DNA from: a bacterium
GTDB lineage: Bacteria > Sysuimicrobiota > Sysuimicrobiia > Sysuimicrobiales > Humicultoraceae
NCBI GenBank assembly: GCA_031082185.1
Contig: JAVHLI010000001.1
Location: forward strand, 313,980 to 377,979
Length of the DNA stretch: 64,000 bases
Direction of reading: 5' to 3'
Shown here: in pieces, positions 62,297 to 64,000 of the stretch
Layout: every line of letters begins with the position of its first letter
Position numbering within the stretch: the stretch's first letter is position 1
Position numbers and translations under genes: made by a program
The notes under the pieces: model-generated
What the model saw: only the letters and a program-made list of their open reading frames with translations
Database searches by the model: none
What the model was told of the DNA's origin: nothing

Positions 62297-62734
62297 ATGA
62301 GGCACGCCTCCGGAGAGCGGGCCTACTCGCTCATAGAGTTAGTGGCTGTGCTGTCCCTTGTGGGGATCCTGCTTTCGGCCGCCGTCCACGGGATTCGCCT
62401 GGCCGCCGCCCGCGAGGAAGTTGACGGGTGGGTCCGTGGCGTGGCGGCCGACCTCAGCTCCGGGCAGCAGGATGCGATCACCCGGCGAGTTAGCGTGCGT
62501 GCGACGTTCCTGAATCAGACATACACGATCGCCGTGGTCGGCGGCGCAACCCTCCGACAGGAAGTCCTGCCCGGGCACATCACATTTGGGTCTCCACAGC
62601 AGCAGGTGGTCTTCGACCGCAGGGGCGTGCCCTCGACACCGCTGACGCTGACGGTAAGCAGCACCTCTACCGGGCGGTCGTACACCATTCGGGTGGAAGA
62701 CGGCACAGGCCGGGTGAGCTACAGTGAACCGTAG
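62297..62734 (+). CDS. Type IV minor pilin / pseudopilin, FimT/GspH-like
   Basis: Prepilin-like RA|YSLIEL plus a hydrophobic helix; FDRRGVP and TGRV C-terminal motifs. Confidence 0.8.
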   Translation: MRHASGERAYSLIELVAVLSLVGILLSAAVHGIRLAAAREEVDGWVRGVAADLSSGQQDAITRRVSVRATFLNQTYTIAVVGGATLRQEVLPGHITFGSPQQQVVFDRRGVPSTPLTLTVSSTSTGRSYTIRVEDGTGRVSYSEP

Positions 62735-63161
62735 GAGGCCCGGGCGCGGCTTCACCCTGATAGAAGTGGTCGTGGCCGTGGCCGTCCTGGGAATGATGGC
62801 CACCACCGTGCTGGGGGGTGTGCTCTTCAGCCTGACCCAGTCGCGCAGGGCCTTCATCCGGGCGCAGGCCGCGGCCTGGGTGCAGTCGGAGCTGGACTTC
62901 CTGCGTGTCCAGGGCTACGGGGTACCGATCACGACCGCACCGCGCAGGTTCCCCGACACCGCTTTGGCCAACAACGGATACCTTGACTACGCGGATCTAC
63001 TGGAGCCCCGCGTGCCGGCCGGGTTCCACCAAGCAGAGGTGGAGGTTACCCCGATCTCCGGTCTGCCGCTCAAGCGACTCGTGGTACGGCTGTACCAGAC
63101 ACCGGCCTCGCCGCCATACACTATCCTGGTGACCTATGTGGCGAACTTCACCTACCAGTAG
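62724..63161 (+). CDS. Type IV minor pilin, PilV/GspI-like
   Basis: RG|FTLIEVVVAVAVL. Confidence 0.85.
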   Translation: MNRRRPGRGFTLIEVVVAVAVLGMMATTVLGGVLFSLTQSRRAFIRAQAAAWVQSELDFLRVQGYGVPITTAPRRFPDTALANNGYLDYADLLEPRVPAGFHQAEVEVTPISGLPLKRLVVRLYQTPASPPYTILVTYVANFTYQ

Positions 63162-63885
63162 GGCTGCGGCCAGGGCCCCGGCGCAGGCGGGCCAGGCCGG
63201 GACAACCCTGGTTGAGATGCTGGTTGCCGTCCTGGTGATGGTGATGATTATTGGGACGATGTCGGTGCTTGTGGGCGCAGCGATGCGCGGCAAGATGATC
63301 GTCGCGGTGCGTTCCGCCGACACCGAATCGGCGCGGCAGACCCTTGAGTGGATGTCCGAACGGCTGCGCAACGCCGGCCTGAACGTCTATCCCGACGCCC
63401 AGGCGCAGGTGCGCTGCAAGGACATGGTGGTGGCAGAGGACTCAGGTCTTCGCCCGCAGTCGGGGAGCGTTTACGTGAGCGGCGAGATCCTCAACTCGGA
63501 CACCGTGGCCGGGAACGAGGTCATCACCCTGGGCTACCGTCTGGAGAACGGGGCGGTTGTCGAGGAGAGGGCTCCGTGCTCTGTGGCCTGGAACTCGTCC
63601 ACCGTCTCTTCGTCGGTGGTCTCCAACCCGCGCATCCCGGTGACCGCGCTGGTGTTCAGATACTTCGCGCGCACCGGCGATCTGATTTCCGTCCCCATGG
63701 GCGGGCAGATCACCGACCCGGAGCAGGTCCGCGGCATCAGGCTCATCGAGATCACGCTGACGGTCCAGGGGGAAGAAGGCACGTCAGGTCCGCAGGCACA
63801 GACCTTCACACGCTTGGTCATGTTGCGGAACCCCCGGCCCGACGTGAACAACTGGCTCAGCCCAACGGAGACGTATCCGCCATGA
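63136..63885 (+). CDS. Type IV minor pilin, PilW/GspJ-like
   Basis: AG|TTLVEMLVAVLV; ERLRNAG; C-terminal VMLRN. Start uncertain. Confidence 0.8.
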   Translation: MWRTSPTSRAAARAPAQAGQAGTTLVEMLVAVLVMVMIIGTMSVLVGAAMRGKMIVAVRSADTESARQTLEWMSERLRNAGLNVYPDAQAQVRCKDMVVAEDSGLRPQSGSVYVSGEILNSDTVAGNEVITLGYRLENGAVVEERAPCSVAWNSSTVSSSVVSNPRIPVTALVFRYFARTGDLISVPMGGQITDPEQVRGIRLIEITLTVQGEEGTSGPQAQTFTRLVMLRNPRPDVNNWLSPTETYPP

Positions 63886-64000
63886 GAACCGCAAGAACCA
63901 TGGAACGGGGCGCGGCCCTGCTCTCCACGATCCTCGTCCTCATCATAATCATGATTGTTACCGCCACCGTGATGATCGTCGTCAGGTCCGACCTGGCGGC
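63882..64000 (+). CDS. PilX/GspK-like minor pilin, runs off the window end
   Basis: Manual translation MRTARTMERG|AALLSTILVLIIIMIV; no Glu5, as is typical of PilX; ATGA coupling to the upstream gene. Confidence 0.7.
   Translation, partial: MRTARTMERGAALLSTILVLIIIMIVTATVMIVVRSDLA

Overview
GC-rich bacterial chromosomal window, densely coding (about 65 CDS), with no rRNA, tRNA or CRISPR array recognised. (1) 1-13.4 kb, minus strand: a catabolic cluster resembling the E. coli/clostridial yge/ygf reductive purine (urate) degradation cluster, but with a different enzyme set. It holds two NMT1/THI5 binding proteins, two fold-type-II PLP enzymes, a divergent ATCase-like and a YgeW-like knotted carbamoyltransferase, carbamate kinase, a fused Fe-S/molybdopterin Xdh-family enzyme, an SsnA-like amidohydrolase, an LLM oxidoreductase and an ABC ATPase. 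This is the best candidate for an undescribed system. (2) 13.6-31.7 kb: ddl, a DapF with both catalytic Cys replaced by Ser, apgM, transporters, a SAM-I riboswitch with metY-metA, and a compact T-box with proS-exonuclease-ybaK. (3) 31.8-39.5 kb: FMN riboswitch with ribD-ribE-ribBA-ribH, an amidohydrolase, SOD, and an ECF sigma/anti-sigma/Spy-like trio. (4) 39.5-46.6 kb: two Cys-less thiolase-fold proteins with two DUF35 proteins (Ltp3/Ltp4-like), fabF, and a P1B ATPase with a CSC motif. (5) 46.6-48.0 kb: an IS1202-family element with a 16-bp target duplication and a frameshifted transposase. (6) 48.2-62.2 kb: a racemase/Lrp/peptide-ABC/CapA/M28/ADH operon and a GntR/TIGR00725/ABC operon. (7) 62.3-64 kb: a type IV minor pilin cluster. 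All family assignments come from motif recognition by eye; no database search was run.
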